The notes under the pieces: generated by a model
Database searches by the model: none
Told to the model about the DNA's origin: nothing
Seen by the model: only the letters and a program-made list of their open reading frames with translations
Part shown: piece by piece, positions 1 to 12,059 of the stretch
Numbering within the stretch: the stretch's first letter is position 1
Layout: every line of letters starts with the position of its first letter
DNA from: a virus
Lineage: Duplodnaviria > Caudoviricetes
IMG/VR virus record: IMGVR_UViG_3300020222_000028
Location: 1 to 54,220 of that record
DNA length: 54,220 bases
Reading direction: 5' to 3' (one strand)
Program-made: the position numbers and the translations under genes

Positions 1-3000
1 GGTGATAATCCAATCTACACTCTTAGTGGATCTGCTGTTGAGAAGTTCGCAACTCAAGGTGGAGAATCAACTCAACTCTTCATTCTATCTGGTAATGCAG
101 ATCAAAAGAATACAGAATCATATGTTGCTACTGGATCTCTCTTCAGCATCGTTGATGGCAGCGAGGCGAGAACATATATCTATGTTGCTCAGTCGCCAGA
201 TACACCAGCAACGATTATTACCGAGACTTATGATGATATTACACAGACAGCAAATGCTTATGAGAACTATGGATTCATCACTGATGTAGTAACCACTTCC
301 GAAGACTATGGCATCACTGATGTTATAGAGTTCTTTGTACTCAAGGGTGCTGCTGACGAATCGTTCAATAAGGGTCTATACACAGCTTCTGGTTCTATTA
401 ACATCAGTGGAGTTGGCAAAGTTAGAGAGATTCCAAAATGGGTTGGCGGTGGTACGATTGCCATTGCTGGCACTATTACCGAGAAGAATACTGAGTCTTA
501 TACGGGCACAGGATCTATTGCTGCTCTATCTGGTGCTGCTGAAGCATTTGGTGCAAATCCACCAGAGAATACTCAAGCATTCACTTACAGTGGATCTGCA
601 GTTGAGAAGTTCAGAGCGAACCCACCAGAAGACTTTGCTCAGTACACCTTCGGCAACTTTGCAACCGAAAGCTTCACTGCACAGACGCCCGATAATACAG
701 TTGCGATTAGTATTGATGTTGATTCAGTTGAAAGAAATACTGAGTCTTATACGGGCACAGGATCTATTGCTGCTCTATCTGGTGCTGCTGAAGCATTTGG
801 TGCTAACCCACCAGAATCTACACAAGCATTTACTACTTCTGGTACTGCTGTTGAGAAGTTTAGAGCAAACCCACCCGAAGACTTTGCTCAGTACACCTTC
901 GGCAACTTTGCAACCGAAAGCTTCACTGCACAGACGCCCGATAATACAGTTGCGATTAGTATTGATGTTGATTCAGTTGAAAGAAATACTGAGTCTTATG
1001 TTGGTACTGGTAATGCATTCACCTTCGTTGATTCTGACGAAAAAGTAACATTTGACTATACTGTTGAGATACCAGAAGTTCTTAATGAGTATAGAAATCT
1101 TATTAAGGATGCCACTGTATCCACAGAAGATTATGGATTGATTTCCGTTGCTGCGGATTCGTTTGATGATTGGGGTGCAACTGCAAGAAGTTATATTGAG
1201 ATCATTCCAACATCTATTGTTCGTTCTGCTCCTAGAGAGTTTGGTGTCGGTAATCTATTTGCAGTATCTGGTGCAGCAGAAGTCTTTGGTGCTAACCCAC
1301 TAGAGAACACCCAGATCTTTAGCTACACTGGCACTGCTACGGAGAAGAATACCGAGTCTTATGTTGGTGTAGGACAATCTGATCTGACTGGTGATGCGGG
1401 TGAAGATTTAGTTAAGACTTACGAAGGTTCTGGTGGATTGTTCAATATTGGTGGATCTATCTTCTTCATTGGATACTATCCATACGTTGATTATATAACA
1501 TTATTTACTTCTGGCGCTGCTTCATATATTGAAGTTAATGCATTCAATGGAACTGGCACAACTTCGCTGACTGGTGATGCGGGTGAAGATTTAGTTAAGA
1601 CTTACGAAGGTTCTGGTGGATTGTTCAATATTGGTGGCGGATCTGAGGCAAGAGTATATGTATATGGTTCTGATGTTATCATCGGATTTAATGAAGTTGA
1701 TTACGGATTTATCACTGAAACACCAACTGCTGATATTGACTACAGTACCATCACTATTGGCGAAATCGGTGGAATCTTTGATTATGGCAAGATAACATTT
1801 GAAGAGACTATTATTTCTGCAACGGGTCTTGTTGATATTTCTGGTGCTGTATATGTTACCACATCTCCAGCATACTATGGATCTGGTACTCTCACTCTTA
1901 GCGACACTGCACTTGAAAGAAACACTGAGGCGTTCAACGGAACTGGTACTGCTTCGCTTACTGGTGTTGGACTTGAGAATAATACAGAAAGATATATTGG
2001 TGTTGGCAATCTATTTACAACTGGAGGACATAGCGAAGTATTCGGTGCTAACCCAGTTGAATCCACTCTACTCTTCATCTACGCTGGTGCTGGAGTTGAG
2101 AAGAACACTGAGTCTTACGTTGGTACTGGCACCGCAACTGCTAGCGGTGTTGGTATTGAGAAGAACACCGAAATATTCAATGGTTCTGGTAATCTATTCA
2201 CTACATCTGGTGCTGCTGAGGCATTCATTGTTGATGTACCACCATCAACTCAGATCTTTAATATCGCTGGATATTCAGTTGAGAAGTTCACTGCTAATCC
2301 ACCAGAAGACTTTGCTCAGTTCAGCATCAACGTTACTTCTGTTGAGAAGAACACTGAGGATTATGTCGGTATTGGATCTGTATCTATTGACATCACTTCC
2401 GTTGAGAAGAACACTGAAGTATATGTTGGTACGGGAACTTCAACTCTAAGTGGCGTTGGATTAGCGAATAACACAAAAGTTTATATTGGCGTCGGTTCTC
2501 TGTTCACTGTTGGTGGATCTGCAGAAAGAGTTCGTTTCAACCCACCAGAAGGCACACAACTATTTGCTGTAACTGGTTCTATCACAGAGAAGAACACAGA
2601 GTCTTACGTTGGCGTTGGATCTACTGCTCTCACTGGAGCTGGTATTGAGAAGAACACTGAGGTATTTGTCGGCACTGGTTCCACTGCTCTCACTGGAGCT
2701 GGTGTTGAGAAGAACACTGAGGTATACATCGGAACTGTAGTTTCTGCTTCGTTTGATGGAGTTGCTGAAACTAAATTCATCACGGTTTACACTGCTGTTG
2801 TTTCTGGTGATGGAAAGTACGTTGTTTCGGTATCTTCGGTTGAAAGAAATACCGAGTCTTACGTTGGTACTGGCACTGCAACTGCTACTGGTGTTGGTAT
2901 TGAGAAGAATACCGAAGCATTCCTTGGTACTGGAGAACTATTCTCGTTCAATGGTCTTGCAGAAAGCTTTACCGTCAACCCAGAAGAAGGTACAGTTCTC

Positions 3001-5148
3001 TACACATTCGTTGGCGCTGGCGTTGAGAAGAACACCGAGAAGTGGGTTGGAACTGGCACAACGACTCTCAGTGGAACTAAGATTGAGAAGAACACTGAGT
3101 CCTACGTTGGTGTTGGTACTGAGACTCTCGGCGGTGCAGCAGTTGAGAAGAACACCGAAATATTCAATGGTTCTGGTAATCTATTCACTACATCTGGTGC
3201 GGCTGAAGTCTTTGGTGCTAACCCACCAGAGAATATTGTTCTCTTCACTTATGCTGGAGCTGCAGTTGAAAGAAACACTGAGTCTTATGTTGGCACTGGC
3301 ACCGAGACTCTTACAGGAACTGCAGTTGAGAAGAATACAGAATCCTATGTCGGAACTGGTATTCTCAACGCTTTATCTGGTGCTGCAGAAGCATACAGTG
3401 CTCAGAAACCAGAGAATACTGTTCTCTTTACATTCGCTGGTGCTGGCACAGAAAGATTCATTGCTCAAACCCCAGAGAATACTCAACTCTTCAAAATCAC
3501 TGGATTCTCTGTTGAGAGAAATACCGAAGCACACTTCGGTACTGGAACTACAACTGTCGCAGGAACTGCAGTTGAGAAAAACACTGAAGTATACAACGGT
3601 ACTGGCACTTTCACTGCATCTGGCGTTGGACTCGAATCTTTTGCACCAGTATATATTGCATCTGGAAATCTATTTACTACATCTGGTTCTGCCGAGTCGT
3701 TTGGTGCTAACTCACCAGAAGATACTTCTCTCTTCACTATTCTTGGCTTTGCAGTTGAGAGAAATACAGAAGCACACTTCGCAACTGGTGAAGCAACTGT
3801 AACTGGCACAGCAGTTGAGAAGAACACCGAGTCTTATGTTGGTATCGGTCAACTATTCTCCTATACTGGAGCGGCAGAAAGTATAACTGTAAATCCAGAA
3901 GAAAATACTGTTCTGTTTACATTTGTTGGTTTCGCTGCCGAAAGTTTCTCTGCTCAAACACCAGAAAATACACAACTATTTGAAATCACTGGATTCTCTC
4001 ATGAAAGAAATACAGAAACATATGATGGTAGTGGAACACTAACTGCTTCTGGTGATGTATATGCTCCAATATTCAAATCATATTTTGGTTCTGGTTCTGT
4101 ATTTGCAATAAACGGAGCAGCAGAATCCTTTGGTGTCAATCCACCCGAAGATACTGTTCTCTATAACTTTGTTGGCGCTGCAACAGAAAGAAATACTGAA
4201 GTATACTATGGCGAAGAAATAATCTATGTTGAGATCGATTCTGATGAATCATCTTCAAGAATATATACTGGTTTTGGATCACTTTCCAGTGTATCTGGTG
4301 CAGCAGAAGTCTTTGGTGCTAACCCACCAGAGAACACTCAGTTATTTACATACACTGGCGCGGCTACAGAGAAAAACACCGAGTCTTATAGTGGTGTTGG
4401 AAATATCAATATTGATGTTTCTTCAACAGAAAAGAATACAGAATCATATGTAGGTGCTGGAACTTTAACTACATCTGGTTCTGTAAATGTTTCAGAAACA
4501 AATATTGTTATTGCTTCTGGATCTCTGTTTACATTCTACGGTGCTTCAGAATCTATAGGCGTAAATCCACCAGAAAGTATTGTTCTGTTTGCTTATAATG
4601 GAGCAGCAGTTGAAAGAAATACAGAATCATATGAAGGATTTACTGATATTTCAATTACTGGATTTATTGAAGAAAGAAATACTGAATCGTATGAGGGAAG
4701 TGGTTCACTAACATTTAATGGTATTTCTGATATTTCTTCCACAAATATTTACTTAGGTGAGACGGATATCCAACTATCTGGAACTGCAAACGAAGAATAT
4801 GTGCCTAGTGGATATAGAGGTAGAGGAACAGCTACTATATCAGGTGCTAGTGTAGAATCTATTAGTGAAGTATTTGTTGCTTCTGGTTCTCTATTTGGTG
4901 TTGGAGGTTCGGCAGAAGCAACCACAAATGTTGTTGACAGTAATATTTTTGCAACTATTAGTGGTTCTGCAGTTACCACCAAGACAAATATTGTTCTCGG
5001 GAACGGAACATTATTCACATTTAATGGTGTGGCAGAATCTATTAGTAGAAATCCAGACACACAAACAACAGCATTTGTTATTTCTGGTTCAAGTGCAACT
5101 GTCAATAATCCATATCGCCCACCCAGAACTTACGTCTCCATTATCTAA
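1..5148 (+). CDS. Giant repetitive virion structural/fibre protein, 5'-truncated (at least 1715 aa in window)
   Basis: Frame 1 is open from base 1 (GDNPIYTLSGSAVEKF...) to TAA at 5146-5148. The ORF-track start at 1138 is only the first TTG. Dozens of EKNTESYVGTG and GAAEVFGANPPE repeats; G/S/T/E-rich. Confidence 0.85.
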   Translation, partial: GDNPIYTLSGSAVEKFATQGGESTQLFILSGNADQKNTESYVATGSLFSIVDGSEARTYIYVAQSPDTPATIITETYDDITQTANAYENYGFITDVVTTSEDYGITDVIEFFVLKGAADESFNKGLYTASGSINISGVGKVREIPKWVGGGTIAIAGTITEKNTESYTGTGSIAALSGAAEAFGANPPENTQAFTYSGSAVEKFRANPPEDFAQYTFGNFATESFTAQTPDNTVAISIDVDSVERNTESYTGTGSIAALSGAAEAFGANPPESTQAFTTSGTAVEKFRANPPEDFAQYTFGNFATESFTAQTPDNTVAISIDVDSVERNTESYVGTGNAFTFVDSDEKVTFDYTVEIPEVLNEYRNLIKDATVSTEDYGLISVAADSFDDWGATARSYIEIIPTSIVRSAPREFGVGNLFAVSGAAEVFGANPLENTQIFSYTGTATEKNTESYVGVGQSDLTGDAGEDLVKTYEGSGGLFNIGGSIFFIGYYPYVDYITLFTSGAASYIEVNAFNGTGTTSLTGDAGEDLVKTYEGSGGLFNIGGGSEARVYVYGSDVIIGFNEVDYGFITETPTADIDYSTITIGEIGGIFDYGKITFEETIISATGLVDISGAVYVTTSPAYYGSGTLTLSDTALERNTEAFNGTGTASLTGVGLENNTERYIGVGNLFTTGGHSEVFGANPVESTLLFIYAGAGVEKNTESYVGTGTATASGVGIEKNTEIFNGSGNLFTTSGAAEAFIVDVPPSTQIFNIAGYSVEKFTANPPEDFAQFSINVTSVEKNTEDYVGIGSVSIDITSVEKNTEVYVGTGTSTLSGVGLANNTKVYIGVGSLFTVGGSAERVRFNPPEGTQLFAVTGSITEKNTESYVGVGSTALTGAGIEKNTEVFVGTGSTALTGAGVEKNTEVYIGTVVSASFDGVAETKFITVYTAVVSGDGKYVVSVSSVERNTESYVGTGTATATGVGIEKNTEAFLGTGELFSFNGLAESFTVNPEEGTVLYTFVGAGVEKNTEKWVGTGTTTLSGTKIEKNTESYVGVGTETLGGAAVEKNTEIFNGSGNLFTTSGAAEVFGANPPENIVLFTYAGAAVERNTESYVGTGTETLTGTAVEKNTESYVGTGILNALSGAAEAYSAQKPENTVLFTFAGAGTERFIAQTPENTQLFKITGFSVERNTEAHFGTGTTTVAGTAVEKNTEVYNGTGTFTASGVGLESFAPVYIASGNLFTTSGSAESFGANSPEDTSLFTILGFAVERNTEAHFATGEATVTGTAVEKNTESYVGIGQLFSYTGAAESITVNPEENTVLFTFVGFAAESFSAQTPENTQLFEITGFSHERNTETYDGSGTLTASGDVYAPIFKSYFGSGSVFAINGAAESFGVNPPEDTVLYNFVGAATERNTEVYYGEEIIYVEIDSDESSSRIYTGFGSLSSVSGAAEVFGANPPENTQLFTYTGAATEKNTESYSGVGNINIDVSSTEKNTESYVGAGTLTTSGSVNVSETNIVIASGSLFTFYGASESIGVNPPESIVLFAYNGAAVERNTESYEGFTDISITGFIEERNTESYEGSGSLTFNGISDISSTNIYLGETDIQLSGTANEEYVPSGYRGRGTATISGASVESISEVFVASGSLFGVGGSAEATTNVVDSNIFATISGSAVTTKTNIVLGNGTLFTFNGVAESISRNPDTQTTAFVISGSSATVNNPYRPPRTYVSII
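487..998 (+). repeat. Near-identical tandem duplication, 249-bp period (83 codons)
   Basis: CTGAGTCTTA recurs at 491, 740 and 989, with long identical stretches between copies. Confidence 0.9.
1384..1637 (+). repeat. 71-bp exact direct repeat (1384-1454 and 1567-1637)
   Basis: Both copies encode LTGDAGEDLVKTYEGSGGLFNIGG with identical DNA; offset 183 bp. Confidence 0.9.
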
Positions 5149-5151
5149 TCT

Positions 5152-5159
5152 TATAAATA
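5152..5159 (+). promoter_or_regulatory. T4-type late promoter TATAAATA
   Basis: Exact gp55 consensus, intergenic, upstream of ORF 5190. Confidence 0.85.
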
Positions 5160-5189
5160 AGAAAAGAAAGCATTCGGATAGGGAATTCC

Positions 5190-5378
5190 ATGACTACCAG
5201 AGTCAAACTAAGAAGAGGAACGACCGCTGAACATAATGTATTTACTGGTGCTGAAGCGGAAATTACATTTGATACTGATAAAAAATCAGTAATCATGCAT
5301 GATGGTACAACTCAAGGTGGATTTGAAGTTGCCAAACAGAGCACAGCAGTAGCCCTATCAATCGCCCTAGGTGGTTAA
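5190..5378 (+). CDS. Small fibre-related protein, stand-alone Mtd N-terminal-like domain (62 aa)
   Basis: RRGTTAEH-FTGAEAEITFDTDKK-HDG motif, paralogous to the N-terminus of ORF 12060. Confidence 0.75.
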   Translation: MTTRVKLRRGTTAEHNVFTGAEAEITFDTDKKSVIMHDGTTQGGFEVAKQSTAVALSIALGG

Positions 5379-5407
5379 TCTAGTAATATTAAGAGAGACA
5401 TAAAAAA

Positions 5408-8400
5408 ATGGCAAAACGCTTAGTACATAGTTACACCTTTTCCCCATCAACTAATACGGTAGTTATTGATGGCAATATTCATCTAAGAAGATTACTTCTG
5501 ATTACTAATGTATCAGAAAATATTCTCATTTACAACTTTGCAGAACCAACCTTAGGTGCGAGTTCCGTAACATTTGATTCTGTTACCGAACAGACAACTC
5601 TTGTCTTGGCAAAAAATTGTTCTGAAATGAGTGCTACGGATAGTCTTCAAATCTTCATTGAAGAGGATGCAGTTAAGTTTGAACCAGACGAGGCATATAC
5701 TGACCCAGTATCTAAGTTTAGAATCTCAGAAGCTCAGACTTTGATTGATACTGACTTTGAATATGGTCTTCAGTCAACTAAGTGGGAAACTCTTGAGATG
5801 CTCAATAATATCCCATCGTTTTTCAGCAGAAGTGGAGATACTCCTCTTGCGGTTACAAACGTAACCGTAACTGCAGATAATGATACATTGATTGTAACTG
5901 CACCTTCTCATGGTCTCTCGACAGGAACTCCCATTGATGTCCGTGGTCTTAGTGTAACTACACTTGAAGGTAGTTATATTATTAGATCGGTATTAGACTC
6001 CGATAGATTCACTTTTATCGCTAGAGAAGAAGCAACTTTTACTGGATCTGTTTTTGGTAGTTATACTACTATTGTTCCTGGGCAGTTTTATCAGAGTGCA
6101 TCAGTATCATATAAAAAAATCATTACAGATGCTGCAACCCCATCAACGATTACGATTGAAACCCCATTCCCATCTGGGTTTGTTTCTGGTGCTTCATTTT
6201 ATCTAACTAATACGATTGCTCTTACAAACATTTCGTTTGATTCTACTTTAGTAGATGTTGCCGATACTTTAACAAGCACCGCAACATTCGATCCAACTGG
6301 AACTCAGTCCGCTGGAACTTTAGATGGATATAATGTAACTATTTGGGATAAGCAAGGTGTTTCTGGTATCGCAAATAGCAGAACTATTACTAGCGATTCT
6401 ATTGATATTTCAACAAATAATATCACATTAAATGCTCACGGATTTACTGATGATACAGCTGTAGTTATTTTCCCTGCTGCTGGTGCTTCAATCCCTGACG
6501 GATTAACTGGTGGTAGAGCATATGTTCTCAGAACTGTTGATGCAAACGTTTTCTACCTAACAAGATATTGGGGTTCAACGTCAGCAGTTGATATTACTAG
6601 TGTAGGTTCTGGTCAGTTCCTTATTGTCAAGGCATATGGCGTAAGATCTATTAATCCTTCAACAGATAACTTTAAGTTCTACGAGTCTCCTGGGTGGGCA
6701 GCAACACAAAAATTTGTTTACTATAGAGGTGATCAATCCCCATCTCTTATTCAATCAACTTCTTACTCAGGCGCTTCTTCTGTATCTGGTCCTGCCGATG
6801 CAGTTGGAACTATTGGGGAATGGTATACTGCTGACACAGCAAACTTATCTAGTACATATTTTATTACTGCTGGTTCTACTGTTGATTGGACCACAAATAC
6901 TGCGTCAACTGGCACATACAATATTACAGAAGGACCACTTCTTGCCTTAAACTCACTAAGAAAAGAAGCAGGTTCTTTCAGTGGAACTGGTACTATTTCT
7001 ACCACTACTTTAACCATTTCAGCTGTAACTGATGGTCGTTTAAGAATCGGCAGTGTTATTTCTGGTACTGGTGTAACTGTTGGTACTAGAATCACTGCCC
7101 TTGGTACTGGTACTGGTGGTATTGGAACTTATACCGTAAGTGCTTCACAGACTGTTTCCGCCGCAACAACGATTACAGGTAACCTACAATATTCCGTAGA
7201 CTCACTAGCAGTAACTCCACTTGGAGCTACATCGCGCAAAGGAGAAACATATGATACTACTGGTTCTAGTGGTATTGCTCTTGTTACTCCGAATATGATC
7301 TCGGGTAACTTGATTAACTTTGGTGCAAACACACAACCATTCACAGATGCTCAAGGTGTTGCTGTTATTCCTCTTCCTGGAACAACTCTTCCTTCTGGTT
7401 TGATTGGTGGTAGAGCATATGCTATCAGAACAACTGGTCCTTCTGGAGCTTCAGCATCTACTCCAGCTCTAGTACTGGCACAAAACAGCACTACAGCACA
7501 GACTCTAACAGGATTTTCTGGTCCTGGATTCTTGCTGATTGCTGGTATGGTAATCAGCACCGTTGCTAATAACAGTGCAACGATTACCATGCAAGCTGCT
7601 GATGTCAATAATAACAATGCTGGTAGAGGTTTTGCGATCAATGGAACAACTGACCAAAAGTTTGTATACTTCAATGGTCCTGCTCTAAACAACCTTTCTT
7701 CAGCAGGAAACGTTTTCCAAAGTGCTATTAGTGGCGTTGGTTCTTCTGGTAACTCATGGGCAGCATCTGAATGGACTACTAATGGTAGCACATTTATTGG
7801 TACTGTTGCCACAACTAATGCCAGTGCTACTATTACCGTTTCTGCCTCACCAACTGCTATTACAGGATCACTTGAAATTGGTTCGGCAGTTGCTGGTCCT
7901 GGTATTCCAAACGGCGCATTTATCACTGCATTTGGAACTGGTACTGGTGGTGCTGGTACTTATACGATCAGTGCTGCTGCTGGTGCTGGATTTGGTACTG
8001 GAGTTATTACGGGTCAAAATATTAGTCTTACAAATACTTTCTTCAGTAGATCATATCCATCTGCAACCACAATGACTCTTTCTACTACAAGAGGTGGTAC
8101 AGCATTCAATTTCTCTGCTGCGTACTCATTTTCTACTGGTCAACAGATTCACCTTCTAGTTCCTTATCGTTCATTAGAAACCGCTTGGTCTATCTTCCAA
8201 CCTAATCACGGATATTCAAATAATGATGTAGTACGTTATGATTCCCACGGTTCTACTGCTATCAGTGGTTTAACATCTGGCACAGATTATTACGCAAGAG
8301 TCTACGATGTAAACAGATATTCACTATCTACAACTTCAGGTGGCGTTAAGATTAATCTCACTAACTTTGGCGCTACTGCAGCAAACACTCATGTGTTTGC

Positions 8401-11400
8401 TCAGACTAAGGGTATTCATGCATTCTTACCATACCAAGAATATACTGGAAGAAACCTTATCAACTTCCCATCTGCACACGGATTCTCAGATAACGACATC
8501 GTTACCTATTCAAATGGTGGGGGAACAAGTATTGCTGGTCTAACTCAGAATGCTGCAATATCAGTCTCTGCTATTACATCAAATTCTACTACATTTACAG
8601 TAACTACATCTTCAACTACATGGGCTGCAGGAGATGGTGTTGTAATCAATAATGTAACTCCTTCTGCTTATAACGGTAGTTGGACGATTGCTAGCACAAA
8701 CGGAAGTACTTCATTCACTGTTAACAGCACAGCAAACCCAGGATCAGCAACTGCTTTCGGAACGGCAACAAAAGGATATTTTGTTGAGCTTAGTACGCCA
8801 TTGAAGTTTGGTCTTAAGCAGACTGCAGCTGGTTCGCGTATAGATTTGGAAAGTTTTGGTTCTGGTTCTGCTCATGTCTTCACTGAAACTGTTTCCAATT
8901 CAACTGCCGATACTATTTTGAAAGTAAACCACGGATTAACTCCTGGAACAGAACTTGTCTATGATGATGGAGGTAACACAACGATTGGCGGTCTTACTGA
9001 CTTACAGACATATTATGTCAAAGAAGTTATTGGACTTGATAGATTTACTCTTGCTTCAGAACCAAATGGCGTAAGAGTTAACTTATCATCTGCTGGTACA
9101 GGAACACAGTCCTTTAATGTTCAGACTGCTGGTTCATTTGATGGTGCATATGATATTAGCAATGTTATTTCTCCAACTGAATATAGCTTCTCTGTATCGT
9201 CGCAAGTTCCAAAGATTCAACGAAGCGTAAACCCAACAACTCAGCTTAACACAACTACTGACCTGTTCACAATCACAAACCACCGTTTTGCTACTGGTAC
9301 TGCTGTTGAGTATAGCAATAACGGTAATACAAGCATTGGCGGTTTAACAAATAATGCAACTTATTTTGTTATTCGTACTGATAAAGATACATTCAAACTT
9401 GCGGATACTTATGTTGATGCACTAGCTGGAAACGTCAGAGATATTACTAATGCTGGTTCTGGAACTTCACACGTTTTTACATCATTCAGTGTTGTTGGCG
9501 AAGTTGTTGGAACTGGAACAGTTGCTGTATCAAGTGGTCTTTCAACTATAACTGGTGCTGGAACTACATTCCTTTCCACATTCCGTGTTGGCGATACCAT
9601 CATAATCAACCTAGGAAATGGATCAGTTCTTCAATCAGAGATCATCGCAATCAAGGACAACTTATCACTTACGATTGCGACAGCAGCTTCAACAACTTCT
9701 TCAAATCTAGCATATCTGATTCCTTCTGGTCTGTATGTACGTCCTGGTTGCTACAGTCTACATAGACCATTTGACGGTGGTGTTGAAATCAATGCTGGTT
9801 ATGGTGCTGACTCTCAGATCGTTCGTCAGACTCGTAGATACTTCCGTTATCAGTCAGGTAAAGGTCTTGTCTGTCAGTTTGCGATTAACTTCAATCCATC
9901 TATTGAGATTCAGTCAATCACTGCATCTGGTAATGTTGCTACAGTGTCTACTCTACTTCCACATGGTCTTATTCCTACTAAGACATTTATTGTTGAAGAA
10001 GCTGAAGTTACTTCTGGTGTGAATCACTACAATGGATCTTTTTCTGTTCAATCTGTTCTTTCTAGTACCACATTTACTTATGTGATGGCGGGAGAACCAG
10101 ATGACGCATCTGCAAACGGATTCCCCAAACTACAGGTTAGAAACTGGAATGGTGCTGCTATTCGCTGTGGTATGAATGACTTCCAAAATGGTATGTTCTG
10201 GGAGTATGATGGAACCACTCTGTATGCTGTGAGAAGAAACAGCACTCAGCAGGTTGCTGGTACAATCAACGCAACTAGGAATAGCTCTGTTATCATTGGA
10301 AACGGAACTCGTTTCGTAGAACAACTTTCTCCTGGTGACTATGTTGTTATTCGCGGTCAATCATACAAGATTACTAGTATCGCATCTAATACTACAATGT
10401 ATGTTTCGCCTTCATATAAGGGAGTAACTACATCTCGTGCAGTTATTACCAAAACTATTGATGTCAAAGTTCCACAAAATGAGTTTAGTATTGATAAATG
10501 TGATGGAACAGGTCCATCTGGTTATGTATTGGATATTGGCAGGATTCAGATGACCTATATTGATTACTCTTGGTACGGTGCAGGTAAGATTCGCTTTGGA
10601 TTCAAGGACCAAGATGGTCATGTTAAGTATGTTCACGAGTTCAAGCACAACAACAAAGAGTATGAAGCGTATCTACGTTCTGGTAACTTACCTGCTCGTT
10701 ATGAGATTGTTAACACAGGAACTCCACAGTTTGCTCCTTCACTAGCACACTGGGGTACTACGGTTGCTATGGATGGTAAGTATGAAGATGACGGTTCATA
10801 CCTCTTCACTGGTTCGTCCTCACTCCTTTCGTTCTCTGGTAGCTCAACGACAACTAACGGTGATACTACTGGCAACTACTTATATGTAAATACTGATGGT
10901 TCTACAAGTACGATTCCAACTACGTTTACAAACACAACAACGATTGGTACTGCATCAGTTAATGTTGTAACAAACAGAATCACTCTGGCAAACCATGGAT
11001 TTGCTGCAAACTCGTTGGTTCAATATCAAAACGGTGGTGGTGCTGGCATTAACGGATTAACTAATGGTGCGTACTACTTTGTAATCTCACCACAAACGAA
11101 TGACTTCCAACTATCCGCAACTAAAAGTGGTAGTGTTATTGATATCACCAGTACAGGAAACGCCGCTCAGTTCTTCCGCCATAACTTCAGATTTGCAGTA
11201 ACTCTTACTAACATTCCTGGTTATGGCAATAAACTGATTCATAGATTCACCACTGACGCTTCTGGTTTTGCTGCTATTGGATCTATTTCGTTCGGTACTC
11301 AAATCAAAGCAACTGCCATTAACTCAGTAACTGCAACTGCTGGTGGTCAGGCAAGAGTATATCGTGTTCTGAATGCTGGTAGCGGTAAAGCATCTATTGA

Positions 11401-12028
11401 CTTCTTCTTCACTGCTGATGCTGCTTCACAAACAACCAACCCACCTGGAACCACTGGATTCATTCCTGCTTCAACATCTTATGGCAGTGTTCAGCATACC
11501 GTTGGTACTGATACTCCAATCCCACCATTGATTCCACTACTTTCGATTCGTCTTGCGCCTTCTGTTGATAGTGGTCTTGTTGGTCTAACTGGTGTCCGTG
11601 ATATTATCAACCGAATGCAGTTGGATTTACAAACTGTAGGTCTACTCACAACGCACGACGTTGAGATTCGTTTGATTCTGAATGGTTCTCTAAACCAGTA
11701 TAACTGGCAGAACATCGGTAGACCTTCTCTGTGTCAGTTTATTTCTCACGTTAATGATGATACTGTAACTGGTGGTACTATTGTGTTTACCTTCCGTGCT
11801 ACTGGCGGATCTACAGAAGCTAGCGGTAAGAAGTTGGCAAACGTATTCAATCAGTCTATTGATAACCTACTATCACTAGGTAACTCAATCCTAGGTGGAG
11901 ATGGTGTATTCCCTGACGGACCTGACGTTCTAACGGTTGCTATCGCGCCATTGAACACTTCTGGTATTACTGTTAACTCACCGTTCTCCCTATCATCTAG
12001 GATCACTTGGTCTGAATCACAAGCATAA
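5408..12028 (+). CDS. Very large virion structural/tail fibre-like protein (2206 aa)
   Basis: T/S/G-rich; repeated NHG[FLY]...Y.N.G...I.GL....YYV...F.L modules; lies in the late fibre cluster. Confidence 0.8.
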   Translation: MAKRLVHSYTFSPSTNTVVIDGNIHLRRLLLITNVSENILIYNFAEPTLGASSVTFDSVTEQTTLVLAKNCSEMSATDSLQIFIEEDAVKFEPDEAYTDPVSKFRISEAQTLIDTDFEYGLQSTKWETLEMLNNIPSFFSRSGDTPLAVTNVTVTADNDTLIVTAPSHGLSTGTPIDVRGLSVTTLEGSYIIRSVLDSDRFTFIAREEATFTGSVFGSYTTIVPGQFYQSASVSYKKIITDAATPSTITIETPFPSGFVSGASFYLTNTIALTNISFDSTLVDVADTLTSTATFDPTGTQSAGTLDGYNVTIWDKQGVSGIANSRTITSDSIDISTNNITLNAHGFTDDTAVVIFPAAGASIPDGLTGGRAYVLRTVDANVFYLTRYWGSTSAVDITSVGSGQFLIVKAYGVRSINPSTDNFKFYESPGWAATQKFVYYRGDQSPSLIQSTSYSGASSVSGPADAVGTIGEWYTADTANLSSTYFITAGSTVDWTTNTASTGTYNITEGPLLALNSLRKEAGSFSGTGTISTTTLTISAVTDGRLRIGSVISGTGVTVGTRITALGTGTGGIGTYTVSASQTVSAATTITGNLQYSVDSLAVTPLGATSRKGETYDTTGSSGIALVTPNMISGNLINFGANTQPFTDAQGVAVIPLPGTTLPSGLIGGRAYAIRTTGPSGASASTPALVLAQNSTTAQTLTGFSGPGFLLIAGMVISTVANNSATITMQAADVNNNNAGRGFAINGTTDQKFVYFNGPALNNLSSAGNVFQSAISGVGSSGNSWAASEWTTNGSTFIGTVATTNASATITVSASPTAITGSLEIGSAVAGPGIPNGAFITAFGTGTGGAGTYTISAAAGAGFGTGVITGQNISLTNTFFSRSYPSATTMTLSTTRGGTAFNFSAAYSFSTGQQIHLLVPYRSLETAWSIFQPNHGYSNNDVVRYDSHGSTAISGLTSGTDYYARVYDVNRYSLSTTSGGVKINLTNFGATAANTHVFAQTKGIHAFLPYQEYTGRNLINFPSAHGFSDNDIVTYSNGGGTSIAGLTQNAAISVSAITSNSTTFTVTTSSTTWAAGDGVVINNVTPSAYNGSWTIASTNGSTSFTVNSTANPGSATAFGTATKGYFVELSTPLKFGLKQTAAGSRIDLESFGSGSAHVFTETVSNSTADTILKVNHGLTPGTELVYDDGGNTTIGGLTDLQTYYVKEVIGLDRFTLASEPNGVRVNLSSAGTGTQSFNVQTAGSFDGAYDISNVISPTEYSFSVSSQVPKIQRSVNPTTQLNTTTDLFTITNHRFATGTAVEYSNNGNTSIGGLTNNATYFVIRTDKDTFKLADTYVDALAGNVRDITNAGSGTSHVFTSFSVVGEVVGTGTVAVSSGLSTITGAGTTFLSTFRVGDTIIINLGNGSVLQSEIIAIKDNLSLTIATAASTTSSNLAYLIPSGLYVRPGCYSLHRPFDGGVEINAGYGADSQIVRQTRRYFRYQSGKGLVCQFAINFNPSIEIQSITASGNVATVSTLLPHGLIPTKTFIVEEAEVTSGVNHYNGSFSVQSVLSSTTFTYVMAGEPDDASANGFPKLQVRNWNGAAIRCGMNDFQNGMFWEYDGTTLYAVRRNSTQQVAGTINATRNSSVIIGNGTRFVEQLSPGDYVVIRGQSYKITSIASNTTMYVSPSYKGVTTSRAVITKTIDVKVPQNEFSIDKCDGTGPSGYVLDIGRIQMTYIDYSWYGAGKIRFGFKDQDGHVKYVHEFKHNNKEYEAYLRSGNLPARYEIVNTGTPQFAPSLAHWGTTVAMDGKYEDDGSYLFTGSSSLLSFSGSSTTTNGDTTGNYLYVNTDGSTSTIPTTFTNTTTIGTASVNVVTNRITLANHGFAANSLVQYQNGGGAGINGLTNGAYYFVISPQTNDFQLSATKSGSVIDITSTGNAAQFFRHNFRFAVTLTNIPGYGNKLIHRFTTDASGFAAIGSISFGTQIKATAINSVTATAGGQARVYRVLNAGSGKASIDFFFTADAASQTTNPPGTTGFIPASTSYGSVQHTVGTDTPIPPLIPLLSIRLAPSVDSGLVGLTGVRDIINRMQLDLQTVGLLTTHDVEIRLILNGSLNQYNWQNIGRPSLCQFISHVNDDTVTGGTIVFTFRATGGSTEASGKKLANVFNQSIDNLLSLGNSILGGDGVFPDGPDVLTVAIAPLNTSGITVNSPFSLSSRITWSESQA

Positions 12029-12029
12029 T

Positions 12030-12037
12030 CATAAATA
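12030..12037 (+). promoter_or_regulatory. Late promoter CATAAATA
   Basis: 7/8 match to TATAAATA, intergenic before ORF 12060. Confidence 0.7.
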
Positions 12038-12059
12038 TCTAATAAAGAGATAGGAAACA

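Noticed and set aside
335-3802. Leu/Val-rich +1 frame ORFs and short antisense ORFs across the structural genes
   Set aside because: Expected shadows of T-ending codon bias; no convincing SD or independent signal.
1-5148. CRISPR-like array from the recurring GAGAAGAACACTGAG words
   Set aside because: The repeats are in-frame, vary at synonymous positions and encode protein repeats; no cas genes are present.
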